Assembly (NCBI GenBank): GCA_027593235.1
Contig: JAQCIU010000001.1
Location: forward strand, 191,660 to 255,659
Origin: Chloroflexota bacterium
GTDB taxonomy: Bacteria > Chloroflexota > Dehalococcoidia > UBA2979
Reading direction: 5' to 3'
Length of the DNA: 64,000 bases
The position numbers and the translations under genes are program-made. Each line of letters begins with the position of its first letter. Positions within the stretch are counted from its first letter, which is position 1. The notes below the pieces were generated by a model, which was not told the DNA's origin, made no database searches, and was given only the letters and a program-made list of their open reading frames with translations. This document shows, in pieces, positions 9,511 to 19,375 of the stretch.

Positions 9511-10266
9511 CTATCGCATCAGCCAGCGCAGCGAGTCGGCGAAGATCGCGCCGCCATGGCGGCGGCTGTGCCCGCCCTCCCCGAAGACGAAGCGGTAGTC
9601 GTACCCGGCGTACTCGAGGGCCGCGACCAGCTGCTTGTTGGCGAGCGGCCAGTTGCCGACGGGATGATCGAGGTCGTTCGTGCCGCTGGTGAGGAAGAGC
9701 CGGAGCGGCTTCGGCTCGGTGGTGCGGACGAGGTAGGGGTAGTTGTGGCCACCTCGGATGTTGGCGAAGGAGCCGCAGTGGCTGAGCACACGGCCGAAGG
9801 CGTCCGGGCGATGCCAGGCGGCGGTGAACGCGGCGATGCCGCCGCTGGAGATGCCACCGATCAGGCGCTGTGCCGGGTCGGTCGAGAGCGGGCGACCGAT
9901 CCGCTCCTCGACGAACGGGAGCAGGTCATCGAGGAGGAACGTGACGTACGCATCGGTCAGCGTGTCGTACTCGATGCTGCGCTGGTCGCCGAGCGTTGCG
10001 TCGATCGTGGGGTTGGGTGGGTTGCGGACGCCGGGGTCGACGAACACCGCGACCGTGGGCGGCAACTCCCCGGCGTGGACCAGCGTGTCGAGGACGGCGG
10101 GGACGCGGACGGCGCCTCCGTTGTCGACATAACCATTGCCGTCCTGGAACACCATCAGCGCAGGCGGCTCCGCCGAGCCTGCGAGTTGAGCTGAACGGTA
10201 GATCCAGACGTTGCGGGTAGTACCGGCGAAGACGTCGGTGTCGGTCCATGCCTCCGCCGATCGCAA
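9511..10266 (-). CDS. Enterochelin-esterase-like alpha/beta hydrolase (possibly N-truncated)
   Basis: LMVFQDG, RSIEYD, GGISSGG nucleophile and GEGGHS; weak TTG start immediately after the hup terminator. Confidence 0.75.
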   Translation of the reverse strand: MRSAEAWTDTDVFAGTTRNVWIYRSAQLAGSAEPPALMVFQDGNGYVDNGGAVRVPAVLDTLVHAGELPPTVAVFVDPGVRNPPNPTIDATLGDQRSIEYDTLTDAYVTFLLDDLLPFVEERIGRPLSTDPAQRLIGGISSGGIAAFTAAWHRPDAFGRVLSHCGSFANIRGGHNYPYLVRTTEPKPLRLFLTSGTNDLDHPVGNWPLANKQLVAALEYAGYDYRFVFGEGGHSRRHGGAIFADSLRWLMR

Positions 10267-10294
10267 CCGCCGTGCCGATCAATCGACGCGAGGC

Positions 10295-10330
10295 ATAAAG
10301 AAAGGCGGCCCGCTGGATGCGAGCCGCCTT
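10295..10330 (-). terminator. Rho-independent terminator of hup
   Basis: Minus strand GGCGGCTCGC-ATCCA-GCGGGCCGCC followed by TTTCTTTAT. Confidence 0.8.
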
Positions 10331-10356
10331 CCTGGCGATCAGCGGGTTGGGGAGGG

Positions 10357-10650
10357 CTAGACGGCGACCCGGTCGCGCAGGCCCTTGGCGGCCTTGAACG
10401 CGGCAACCTTCTTCGCCGCAATCTGGATCGTCGCACCGGTCGCCGGGTTGCGACCTTCGCGTGCACCACGGCTTCGCGTCTCGAACTTCCCGAAGCCCGC
10501 GATCGTCACGTCGCGTCCCGCGTCCAGTTCAATCGCGATGATGCCCTTACCGTCTTCCACGCTGAACAGCGTGTCGACGATTTCCATTGCCTTCGCTCGC
10601 GTCAGGTCAGTCTTCCCTGCGAGCTTCTCGGCCAGTTCCGTCTTGTTCAT
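10357..10650 (-). CDS. hup: DNA-binding protein HU
   Basis: MNKTEL...GFGKFE..R.AREGRNPATGATIQI...FKAAKGLRD; AGGAGG RBS. Confidence 0.97.
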   Translation of the reverse strand: MNKTELAEKLAGKTDLTRAKAMEIVDTLFSVEDGKGIIAIELDAGRDVTIAGFGKFETRSRGAREGRNPATGATIQIAAKKVAAFKAAKGLRDRVAV

Positions 10651-10828
10651 CGATCCTCCTCGGCTGCTCCTGGGCCCCGCCGACTCCAAAAAAATGCCCA
10701 TACTGACGGGCTGAATTGAAAATAATCCTAGCGCGCGGCTGTCCGGTTGTCGATGGGGATCGGCTGAATAGCTGCGCGAATGATCATTTGAGGGGACCAC
10801 CCACCCTCGGTGATACACTCCGCGCACC

Positions 10829-12280
10829 ATGGTCGGAACCGCTACGTCTCCCCTCGTGCGAGACCTCCAGGCCGCTCTCGGAGACGAGGCCGTCCTCTTC
10901 GCGCCGGAAGATCTGCTCCCTTACGAGTACGACGCCTCCATCGATCGACACTCCCCCGACGCCGTCGTCCTGCCGCGCACCACCGCCGAGGTTGCCGCCG
11001 CCGCGCGCATCGCCGAGGAGCATGGCGTCCCCGTCGTCCCGCGCGGATCCGGGACCGGCTTCGCCGGCGGCGCCATCGCCGTCCAGGGCGGCGTGCTGGT
11101 GGTGCTGACGAGGATGAACGCGATCCGCGAGATTGATGTCGCGAACCGCATCGCCGTCTGCGAACCCGGCGTGATCAACCTCGACCTGCAGGAAGCGCTC
11201 GCTCCGCACGGGCTCCTCTACGCGCCCGATCCCTCGTCGCAGCGCATCTGCACCATCGGCGGCAACGTCGGCACCAACTCCGGTGGCCCCCACACGCTGG
11301 CCCACGGCTCCACGGTCAACCACATCCTCGGCCTCGAGGTCGTGTTGCCCGGTGGCCGCATCACCAACCTCGGCTCGCGCCAGCTCGACGCGTCCGGCAT
11401 CGACCTCCGCGGCCTCTTCGTCGGTTCCGAGGGCACGCTCGGCATCGTCACCGCCGTCACCGTGCGGCTGATCCGCACCAACGAGGCGATCCGCACGATG
11501 CTGGCGATCTTCGACACCGTCGACGACGCCTCGAACGCGGTCTCCGAGGTGATTCGACGCCGCGTCATCCCGATGGCGATGGAGATGCTCGACCAGGAAA
11601 CGATCCGCGTTGTCGAACCCCGCGTGCACGCGGGCTACCCGCTCGAAGCGGGAGCGGTGCTGCTGATCGAGGTCGAAGGGCTGGCCGAGGCCGTCGAGCA
11701 TGACGCCGCCGTCGTCGTCGATGCTTGCCGCAGCCAGGGCGCCCGCGAGGTCCGCATCGCCGAGGAGGCCGCCGAGCGCGAGGCGCTCTGGGAAGGCCGC
11801 AAGTCCGCAATCGGCGCGCTCGGGCACACCGCGCCCGCGCTCTATCTCCTCGATGGCGTCGTGCCGCGCACGCGGCTGCCGGAGGTGCTCAACCGCGTGC
11901 TCGCGCTCAGCGCGGAGTACGGCTTCAAGTGCGCCAACATGTTCCACGCCGGCGACGGCAACCTGCACCCCACCGTGCTCTTCGATCCCGAGGAAGAAGG
12001 CGCGACCGAGCGCGTGCTCGAACTCGGCGGCAAAATCATGCGGCTCTGCGTGGACGCCGGCGGCTCGATCACCGGCGAGCACGGCATCGGCACCGAAAAG
12101 CGCGAGTACATGAGCTGGGTCTTCAGCGAAGCCGATCTGGAAGCGATGAACCGCGTCCGCCTCGCCTTCGATCCCACCCAGCGCTTCAACCCCTGCAAGG
12201 TCCTGCCGATGGGCCACGGCTGCGCGCAGGGCCACTTCGCCCCAATCCGCCAGCACCTCGGATCCGGTTCCTATGTGTAG
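10829..12280 (+). CDS. glcD: Glycolate oxidase FAD subunit GlcD
   Basis: PRGSGTG, APDPSSQRICTIGGN, GSEGTLG, FHAGDGNLHP and GEHGIG; first gene of D-E-F operon. Confidence 0.9.
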   Translation: MVGTATSPLVRDLQAALGDEAVLFAPEDLLPYEYDASIDRHSPDAVVLPRTTAEVAAAARIAEEHGVPVVPRGSGTGFAGGAIAVQGGVLVVLTRMNAIREIDVANRIAVCEPGVINLDLQEALAPHGLLYAPDPSSQRICTIGGNVGTNSGGPHTLAHGSTVNHILGLEVVLPGGRITNLGSRQLDASGIDLRGLFVGSEGTLGIVTAVTVRLIRTNEAIRTMLAIFDTVDDASNAVSEVIRRRVIPMAMEMLDQETIRVVEPRVHAGYPLEAGAVLLIEVEGLAEAVEHDAAVVVDACRSQGAREVRIAEEAAEREALWEGRKSAIGALGHTAPALYLLDGVVPRTRLPEVLNRVLALSAEYGFKCANMFHAGDGNLHPTVLFDPEEEGATERVLELGGKIMRLCVDAGGSITGEHGIGTEKREYMSWVFSEADLEAMNRVRLAFDPTQRFNPCKVLPMGHGCAQGHFAPIRQHLGSGSYV

Positions 12281-12307
12281 ATCCCACCTCCGTCGATCGG
12301 CCACCGC

Positions 12308-13570
12308 GTGACCAACGCCTCCGTCGCCAACCTCGATGGCCTGCGCGCCGCGCTGCCGCCCGATGTCCAACGCGCCCCCGAGGGCTATGCCCTCGATGGC
12401 GTGACGCCCGCGCTCGCGGTTCGCCCGCGCTCCGCCGCCGAACTCGCCGCGACGCTACTCGCCGCGGATCAAGCCGGCCTCGCCGTCTCGCCGCAGGGCG
12501 GCCGCACCGCGATCACGCTTGGCCGCCCACTCGCGCGCTACGACGTCGCGCTGGACACGACCGCCCTCGATCGCGTCGTTGAATACGCCCCCGAGGACCT
12601 CACCATCACTGTCGAGGCCGGCATGACGCTGGCCGCACTCCAGGCCACGCTCGCCGCGGAGGGGCAGTACCTGCCGATCGACCCGTCGCCCGGGGATCAG
12701 CTTACTATCGGTGGCCTGCTCGCCACCGCGCGCTCCGGCGCCTGGCGTGGCCACCTGCCCGCCGCGCGCGACCTCGTGCTGGGCGCCAAGGTGGCACTCT
12801 GCGACGGCGCGCTCACCAGCAGCGGCGGTCGCGTCGTGAAGAACGTCAGCGGCTTCGATATGCATCGCATGCACACCGGCGCTCTCGGGGCGCTGGGCGT
12901 GATCGTCCAGGCCAGCTTCAAGCTCGCGCCGCTGCCGGCCGAGACCGCCACCCTCGCGCTGGACTGTGGCTCACTCGCGAACGCCGGGACCATTGCGCAC
13001 GCCCTCTGGGATCGCAATCTCTCCGCGCGCGCCATCACCATCCTCGATCCCGAAGCGGCCTCCGCCGTCGGCCTGCGCCGCTCACCAGCCGTCCTCGTCG
13101 ACTTCGCTGGTGGCGAGACCGTCGTCGAGCGCTGCGTGCGCTCCGCAGGCGAGGTCGCGCGTGCCCACGCCGCGATCGTCGAGCGCGTGGATCCAGAGGC
13201 CTGGACGCGGCTGCGGACGCTCGCACGCGGCGGGACCGACGGCACCGTGGTCAGGCTTGGTGTGCCTGCCTCGGACGTCGCTACGCTCGTCGGACAGGCC
13301 GCTGCGATGATGGGCCCCGCCTGGGGGCACATCGCCGCTGGCGCCGTCTGGGCGCGACCGGCTGCAGACGCCCGTGCGCTCGCCGAGTTGCGCGCTACCG
13401 CCGAGGCGCGTGGCGGCTACCTCCAGGTCGAGGCCGCCTCCCGCTCCCTCCGCGAGGCGTTCGATCCCTTCGGCTCCGGTGACGCCGAACTCGTGCGTTC
13501 CTTGAAGTATCAGTTCGATCCAAACGGCACGTTGAACCCCGGACGCTGGGGAGCGGGGGAGCAATCGTGA
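12308..13570 (+). CDS. glcE: Glycolate oxidase FAD subunit GlcE
   Basis: YAPEDLTITVEAG, GGRVVKNVSGFD and FDPNGTLNPGR. Confidence 0.9.
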   Translation: MTNASVANLDGLRAALPPDVQRAPEGYALDGVTPALAVRPRSAAELAATLLAADQAGLAVSPQGGRTAITLGRPLARYDVALDTTALDRVVEYAPEDLTITVEAGMTLAALQATLAAEGQYLPIDPSPGDQLTIGGLLATARSGAWRGHLPAARDLVLGAKVALCDGALTSSGGRVVKNVSGFDMHRMHTGALGALGVIVQASFKLAPLPAETATLALDCGSLANAGTIAHALWDRNLSARAITILDPEAASAVGLRRSPAVLVDFAGGETVVERCVRSAGEVARAHAAIVERVDPEAWTRLRTLARGGTDGTVVRLGVPASDVATLVGQAAAMMGPAWGHIAAGAVWARPAADARALAELRATAEARGGYLQVEAASRSLREAFDPFGSGDAELVRSLKYQFDPNGTLNPGRWGAGEQS

Positions 13571-14892
13571 CCACCACCGGATGGCGCTTTGTCGGCCCGG
13601 ACATCCCGTCCGCCGACGATCTCCGAAACTGCATCCACTGCGGCTTCTGTCTGCCCACCTGCCCCACCTACGTCGCGACCGGTCACGAACTTGAGTCGCC
13701 GCGCGGGCGCCTCCACCTGATCGACGCCGTCCGCGACGGCCGCATCGCCGCTACGGAGCGCGTGCTCGGCCACCTCGATCTCTGTTTGCAGTGCCGCGCT
13801 TGCGAGACCGCCTGCCCCTCCGGCGTCCCCTACGGCCGGATCATGGAAGACGCGCGCGCCTCGATCATGGCGAACGAGCCCGGACGCCAGCCGGAAAAGT
13901 GGCGCCTGCGCGTGCTCGCCCTGCAATACGTGCTCGCCAAGCCACGCGTGCTCCGCGCGATGCTGCTTCCGGCCCGCATCTACTCCCGCTCCCGCGTCCA
14001 GTCGCTCGTCCGCCGCACCGTCGGTCCGCGGCTGCCGTCCATCCTCGGCAACCTCGAGTCGCTGGCGCCGGATCTGCGACGCCGCCCGTTTCGTCGGCGC
14101 GGCAACCTCGCGCGTCCGCGCGGCGCCACCTCGCGCGTCGCGCTGCTGACCGGCTGCGTGCACGGCGAGTTCTTCCCGCAAACCCACGTCGCCACCGTCC
14201 GCGCACTCGTCGCCGTCGGTGCCGAGGTGGTTGCGCCGCCGGAGCAGGGCTGCTGCGGTGCGCTGCACTCGCACGCCGGTGACGCGGAGATGGCGCGCAC
14301 CCTCGCCCGTACCAACATCGCCGCCTTCGAGGCCGCGGGCGTCGACGCCGTGATCGTCAACGCCGCCGGCTGCGGCGCCGCGATGAAGGAGTACGGCCAC
14401 CTGCTCCGCAACGATCCAGACTGGGCGGAGCGCGCCGAACGCTTTGCCGCCACTGTCCTCGATGTCACCGAGTTCGTCGCGGAACGGCTGGAGCAGTCAG
14501 GCATCGCCTCGAAGCTCGGCACGCTCGATATCGACGTCACGCTGCAGGACTCCTGCCACCTCGCCCACGGCCAGGGCGTGCGCGCTGCCCCGCGCGCGAT
14601 CCTCGAGGCCATTCCGGGGCTTCGCCTCCACGAGATGCTGACCCCGGACCGCTGCTGTGGCTCCGCCGGGATCTACTCCGCCGTGCAGTCGGAGATGTCC
14701 GCGACCGTGCTCGAAGCGAAGATGATCGATATCCAGGGCACCGGTGCAGACGTCATCTGCACCGCGAATCCCGGCTGCACCATGCAGCTCCAGGCCGGCG
14801 TCCGCCGCAACGGGATGGACGCCGAGGTGAAGCACGTCATCGAACTACTCGATGAGTCCCTGCAGGCCGGACGCGCTAGCGCGTCGTCATAA
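13567..14892 (+). CDS. glcF: Glycolate oxidase iron-sulfur subunit GlcF
   Basis: CIHCGFCLPTCPT, ESPRGR, CLQCRACETACPSG and two CCG domains; GTGA overlap with glcE. Confidence 0.92.
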   Translation: MTTTGWRFVGPDIPSADDLRNCIHCGFCLPTCPTYVATGHELESPRGRLHLIDAVRDGRIAATERVLGHLDLCLQCRACETACPSGVPYGRIMEDARASIMANEPGRQPEKWRLRVLALQYVLAKPRVLRAMLLPARIYSRSRVQSLVRRTVGPRLPSILGNLESLAPDLRRRPFRRRGNLARPRGATSRVALLTGCVHGEFFPQTHVATVRALVAVGAEVVAPPEQGCCGALHSHAGDAEMARTLARTNIAAFEAAGVDAVIVNAAGCGAAMKEYGHLLRNDPDWAERAERFAATVLDVTEFVAERLEQSGIASKLGTLDIDVTLQDSCHLAHGQGVRAAPRAILEAIPGLRLHEMLTPDRCCGSAGIYSAVQSEMSATVLEAKMIDIQGTGADVICTANPGCTMQLQAGVRRNGMDAEVKHVIELLDESLQAGRASASS

Positions 14893-15020
14893 CGACACCG
14901 ACGTGCGGGCGCGTCGTCATGACGACGCCGACCCGGTCGGACACGGCATAACCACAGCGACAGATAGTCGTGTCGTGGTAACGGGACAAACCACCTGAAA
15001 GTTGTCATAACGGAACGGAT
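14881..15020. repeat. Five degenerate ~29-30 bp units with core GTCGTCATAACGAC
   Basis: Units start at 14881, 14911, 14940, 14970 and 14999; unit 2 contains the perfect palindrome GCGTCGTCATGACGACGC. Confidence 0.55.
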
Positions 15021-15076
15021 GCGCCCTCGCGTCCTAGCTCTACGGTTCCACCCCCGCGCGAGCCGATAATCGCCGA

Positions 15077-16321
15077 GTGACCAACTCGCGTGCCCGTTCC
15101 GCACTTCTGGTGCTCGTCAGCGCGTTTGTCGCCGCGTCATGGGCTGCGGGCGCCGGCGCACAAACGCCGCCGCCACCACCGTTCCAGGCCGTCCTGCCGT
15201 CGGCCGGCGGCGTGGTCCTCGTCACGACCATCACTGACGCGACGCCGGAGCAGCTCGTCTCCTATGCCGGCGCCAACGGTTGCGCCGCACGATCGCTCTG
15301 GGTCGACGGCGGAGGCGCCCTGATCGGCTACGTCGCCGTTGCGCCTGACATCGTCAATATCGACTTTCCCGGCAACGTTGCGTCCGGATCGCCGCTGCTG
15401 ATCGCCTGCGCACGTCCCGCACCCACCCTCGTCGCCGCGCCCGGCCTCTCCTGTCCGCTGTTCCCCGCCGACAACGTTTGGAACGCCCGCGTGGATGGGC
15501 TGCCGGTGCATACGCAGTCCTCGGCGTGGGTCAACACCATCGGCGCCAGCAAGACCTTCCACCCCGATTTCGGCTCCGGCGAATGGCCGCCCGGGAGCGG
15601 GTCACCGATCGGCATCCCCTACATCGAGGTCAACGGCGGCGCCGCCGTCACCGTGTCCTTAGACTACGCCGACGAAAGCGATGTCGGCCCGTACCCGATT
15701 CCCGCCAACGCCCCGATCGAGGGCGGTCCCAACGGCGACGGCGATCGCCACGTCCTGATCGTCGATCGCTCTGACTGCACGCTCTACGAGCTGTTCGATG
15801 CGCGCCGCCAGGCCAACGGGAACTGGACCGCCGGCTCCGGCGCGATCTGGGATCTCACCTCGAACGCGCTGCGCCCGTCGGGCTGGACCTCCGCCGACGC
15901 GGCGGGCCTGCCGATCCTCCCCGGCCTCATTCGCTACGACGAAGTTGCCACCGGCGAGATCACCCACGCGATCCGCTTCACCGCGCCACAGACCCAGCGC
16001 GCCTTCGTATGGCCGGCGACGCACTACGCCTCCAGCCTGACCGGTGCCGCGTACCCACCAATGGGCGCGCGCTTCCGCCTGCGCGCCGATTTCGATCTCA
16101 GCGGCTACGATCCCGATGTCCAGGTCATCCTCCGCGCCATGCAGCGCTACGGCATGATCCTCGCCGACAACGGGTCGTCCTGGTATCTCTCCGGCGCCCC
16201 TGATGATCGCTGGGACAACGACGTGCTGCGCGAACTCAAGACGCTGCAGGGCAGTGACTTCGAAGTGATCGATTCCAGCGGGCTCCAACTGGCCGCCGGG
16301 AGCGCAGAAATTCGCCCGTAA
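15077..16321 (+). CDS. Secreted conserved hypothetical protein
   Basis: Signal peptide (AGA-Q); C-terminal domain FPADNVWN..GIPY..GDRHV..SADAAGLPI..HAIRFT..YGMILADNG; GATAAT 6 nt before GTG. Confidence 0.8.
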   Translation: MTNSRARSALLVLVSAFVAASWAAGAGAQTPPPPPFQAVLPSAGGVVLVTTITDATPEQLVSYAGANGCAARSLWVDGGGALIGYVAVAPDIVNIDFPGNVASGSPLLIACARPAPTLVAAPGLSCPLFPADNVWNARVDGLPVHTQSSAWVNTIGASKTFHPDFGSGEWPPGSGSPIGIPYIEVNGGAAVTVSLDYADESDVGPYPIPANAPIEGGPNGDGDRHVLIVDRSDCTLYELFDARRQANGNWTAGSGAIWDLTSNALRPSGWTSADAAGLPILPGLIRYDEVATGEITHAIRFTAPQTQRAFVWPATHYASSLTGAAYPPMGARFRLRADFDLSGYDPDVQVILRAMQRYGMILADNGSSWYLSGAPDDRWDNDVLRELKTLQGSDFEVIDSSGLQLAAGSAEIRP

Positions 16322-16440
16322 AGGGAACCGACCGAACCTCCGCTTCGTATCCTCCCCTATCAACGGGCTAAACGACTGTGATATACAGCTCATATCTCTG
16401 GTCCCGAACGGGCCCAGAGCAGGGGGGGTTGGAGGCAAGA

Positions 16441-18327
16441 ATGGCTGAGGGACGCAATTACTGGACCCGCCAGCGAGTTTCGCGGCGTGGAATGTTGCGT
16501 GGGGCCGCGGTTGGGTCAGCAGGCCTAGCTGGAGCGGTGCTCATTGGCTGCGGCGGCGATGACGATGGAACGGCGACGCCAGGTGCAAGCGGAACGGCCG
16601 CAGCAACCTCGACGGCCGGCGGCGGTGGTGCCGCCACCGCGACGCCAGATGGCGGCGGCGCTGGTGCGATGACGCCCGTTAGTGGCGGGATCCTCAGCCT
16701 CGTCTCAAACCCGGTGTACGACTCGGTCGACGCACAGACCTCTGTGTCCAGCCCGGTGTTGACGATTACCTCGCGCGCCCAGTCGAAGCTCCTGCGCTTC
16801 ACGAACCCGAACAGCGGCGAAGTGGTCGGCGACCTGATCGAGAGCTGGGAAGTCGTCAGCCCCACCGAGGTCGTGCTCAACATGCGGCAGGGTGTGACCT
16901 GGCACGACGCTGGTCCCGGCGCTGACAACCCGGCCTCGACGGCCGGTCGCCCGCTGACGACCGAAGACATCAAGTGGAACATCGAGCGCCAGCAGAAGGC
17001 GGTGTTCGCGGACGGCAGCGCTGGCAACTTCGGCCGCAAGTCGTTCTGGAACAAGATCCAGTCGATGGAGATCACCGACAAGGAACTCCGATTCACACTG
17101 GGTGCTCCTGACGCCACGTTCGTTGAGGGCATGGCGAATGAGTTCAACACGATCAACCAGCCCGAGCTGGCTGAGTCGGTTGGCGCGAACTTCAGCGAGA
17201 TCACGCCGGATAAGGTGATCGGGACCGGCCCGTTCATCCTGACCGAGTGGCGTCCTGGTGAGCGCGTCTCCGGTGTCCGCAACCCCAAGTACTACGACCC
17301 TGCCCGACCCTATCTCGACGGGTTCGTGCTCGGCGCGGTGTTCGATGACCCGACGGCGTACCGGATCGGCTTCGAGCAGAACCAGATCGATTACTTCTCT
17401 GATCCGGACCCGGACACCACGCTGGCGATCCAGGCCAGCAATGCGGACACGACCAACATCCGCTGGTCGGGCGTCGCGAACACGGTGGCGGCCTACACCA
17501 ACACCAACATCGCGCCCTTTAACGACCTCAGGCTGGCTCAGGCGATTGATCTCGCGCTAGATCGCCGCCTGATCATTCAGCAGCTCCACAACGGCTATGG
17601 GCGCGTCAGTGGCCCGATCTCCTGGTTGCAGGAGAAGTGGGCGTTCTCGCAGGAGCGACTCCAGACACAGCCCGGTTACCAGAGTGGTGCGGAGCGCGAC
17701 GCGGACGTCGCCGAAGCGAACAAGCTGTGGCAGGCCGCGGGCGGTGCAGACGTCGGCGAGATTAGCTGGACGATCGCGGATTCATGGGCATCTCGCGCGT
17801 CCTGGAATGCGACGCCGGAGCTGATCGTCGGGATGTTCAACGACGCGTTCAGCACGAAGCAGTTCGTGGCCAAGACCGCGCCGTACGGCGAGATCATTCC
17901 GAGTTGGGCCAATGGGACGTTCGACAACTTCTTCGCCTGGATCTCGAATGTCGAGATTCCAGACGCTCGGGCCGACCTGTTGGCGGCGTTCGGTACCGGT
18001 TCGCCGGCGAACTTCTGGAACATCAGCAAGCCGGACGAGATCGACGCGCCGCTGGCAGCAGCGGTGGCGACCACCGATCTCGATGAAGCGCTCGAACTCG
18101 TCAACGGAGTCCAGGACTACATCCTGGAGAACGGCCAGTTCGGCCGGCACATCGCCTACAACTACATCTTCCCGAGCATCACTTGGAACCACTACCACAC
18201 GACGGGCCCGGCGGATGGAGAGGGTTGGAACTTCATCTCTTCCAGCCTGGGTGCGGTAGAAGAGTGGATCGACCAGACCGACCCGTCCTTCGATGGTCGA
18301 CAGTCGCCGTCGGTGACGCCGGTCTAG
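16441..18327 (+). CDS. Peptide/nickel ABC transporter solute-binding lipoprotein (family 5), Tat signal
   Basis: SRRGMLR Tat motif, LIGC lipobox, IGTGPF, RNPKYY, PYLDG; GGAGG RBS. Confidence 0.9.
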   Translation: MAEGRNYWTRQRVSRRGMLRGAAVGSAGLAGAVLIGCGGDDDGTATPGASGTAAATSTAGGGGAATATPDGGGAGAMTPVSGGILSLVSNPVYDSVDAQTSVSSPVLTITSRAQSKLLRFTNPNSGEVVGDLIESWEVVSPTEVVLNMRQGVTWHDAGPGADNPASTAGRPLTTEDIKWNIERQQKAVFADGSAGNFGRKSFWNKIQSMEITDKELRFTLGAPDATFVEGMANEFNTINQPELAESVGANFSEITPDKVIGTGPFILTEWRPGERVSGVRNPKYYDPARPYLDGFVLGAVFDDPTAYRIGFEQNQIDYFSDPDPDTTLAIQASNADTTNIRWSGVANTVAAYTNTNIAPFNDLRLAQAIDLALDRRLIIQQLHNGYGRVSGPISWLQEKWAFSQERLQTQPGYQSGAERDADVAEANKLWQAAGGADVGEISWTIADSWASRASWNATPELIVGMFNDAFSTKQFVAKTAPYGEIIPSWANGTFDNFFAWISNVEIPDARADLLAAFGTGSPANFWNISKPDEIDAPLAAAVATTDLDEALELVNGVQDYILENGQFGRHIAYNYIFPSITWNHYHTTGPADGEGWNFISSSLGAVEEWIDQTDPSFDGRQSPSVTPV

Positions 18328-18368
18328 GGCGACCGCTCGACCGAGGTCGAATCGTTGACCGGTATTCA

Positions 18369-18396
18369 AGCGGCCGCGCCGTTGGGCGCGGCCGCT
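18369..18396 (+). terminator. 12-bp GC stem-loop between SBP and permease (mRNA-stabilising/attenuating hairpin)
   Basis: AGCGGCCGCGCC-GTTG-GGCGCGGCCGCT; no U-tract. Confidence 0.5.
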
Positions 18397-18415
18397 GCGC
18401 AATAAGGGAGCTGGC

Positions 18416-19375
18416 ATGGGGACGTACATCCTCCGCCGCCTGATCCTCAATATCATCGTGCTGTGGCTCGTCGCTACCATGGTCTTTCTGTCGATCAGGG
18501 TGCTCCCGGGGAACTACGCCAGCCAGCAGTTCGCTGGAGCGAACCTCGGCGGCGTGACGCCTGAGGCGATCGCTCAGGCCGAGAAGGCGCTGGGCCTCGA
18601 CAAGCCGGTCGGCGAGCAATACGTCAACTTCATGGGAGATCTGCTGACGCTCGATCTCGGTGAATCGTTCCGTACGAGGAAATCGACGTGGAGCGAGCTT
18701 GCGACGGCGCTGCCGTACAGCCTTGAGCTTGGTCTGTTCATCGTGCTCGTCGGGTTCTCGGTGGCGATCCCGGTCGGGGTGGTGAGCGCCGTCAAACAGG
18801 ACCTCGCACCGGACTACATCCTTCGAGCGATCGCGATCACGGCGTTGGCGGCACCCGTCTTCTGGACTGCCTCGATTGCCGTGCTCTTTGTTCTCAAATG
18901 GGATCTGATCCAGATCAACGTGACCGGGCAGCCGCACTACTGGACCGATCCCTGGAGCGCGTTCCAGTGGTATCTGATCCCAGGGGTTGTGGGAGGGTTC
19001 GCGTCAACGGCAACCGTGATGCGCCTCCTGCGGTCGGAACTCCTCGAGGTCTTGCGTCAGGACTACGTCCGGACAGCCCGGGCGAAGGGACTCACCGAAC
19101 GCGCGGTGATCATGCGGCACGCGATGCGGAACGCGTTCCTTCCGGTGTTGACGGTTATGGGCTTGACCCTGGCCACCCTCATCAGCTCGCAGATCGTGCT
19201 AGAGCAGATGTTCAACATTCCGGGCGTCGGCCGCATGTTGTTCCGCTCGATCTCCCTGCGCGACTACCCGCTCTTCCAGGGCCTGGTGATCGTCACCACC
19301 TTCGTGATTGTGACGACGAATCTGGCCGTTGATGTGCTCTACGGCTTCCTGGACCCACGTGTGAGGTTGTCCTAA
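18416..19375 (+). CDS. DppB/OppB-type ABC permease
   Basis: YILRRL, LGLDKP, DYVRTARAKGL, FNIPGVG, RDYP and LDPRVR. Confidence 0.93.
   Translation: MGTYILRRLILNIIVLWLVATMVFLSIRVLPGNYASQQFAGANLGGVTPEAIAQAEKALGLDKPVGEQYVNFMGDLLTLDLGESFRTRKSTWSELATALPYSLELGLFIVLVGFSVAIPVGVVSAVKQDLAPDYILRAIAITALAAPVFWTASIAVLFVLKWDLIQINVTGQPHYWTDPWSAFQWYLIPGVVGGFASTATVMRLLRSELLEVLRQDYVRTARAKGLTERAVIMRHAMRNAFLPVLTVMGLTLATLISSQIVLEQMFNIPGVGRMLFRSISLRDYPLFQGLVIVTTFVIVTTNLAVDVLYGFLDPRVRLS

Noticed and set aside
14881-15020. CRISPR array
   Set aside because: Period is only ~30 bp, units are highly degenerate, there are no spacer-length unique segments and no cas genes.
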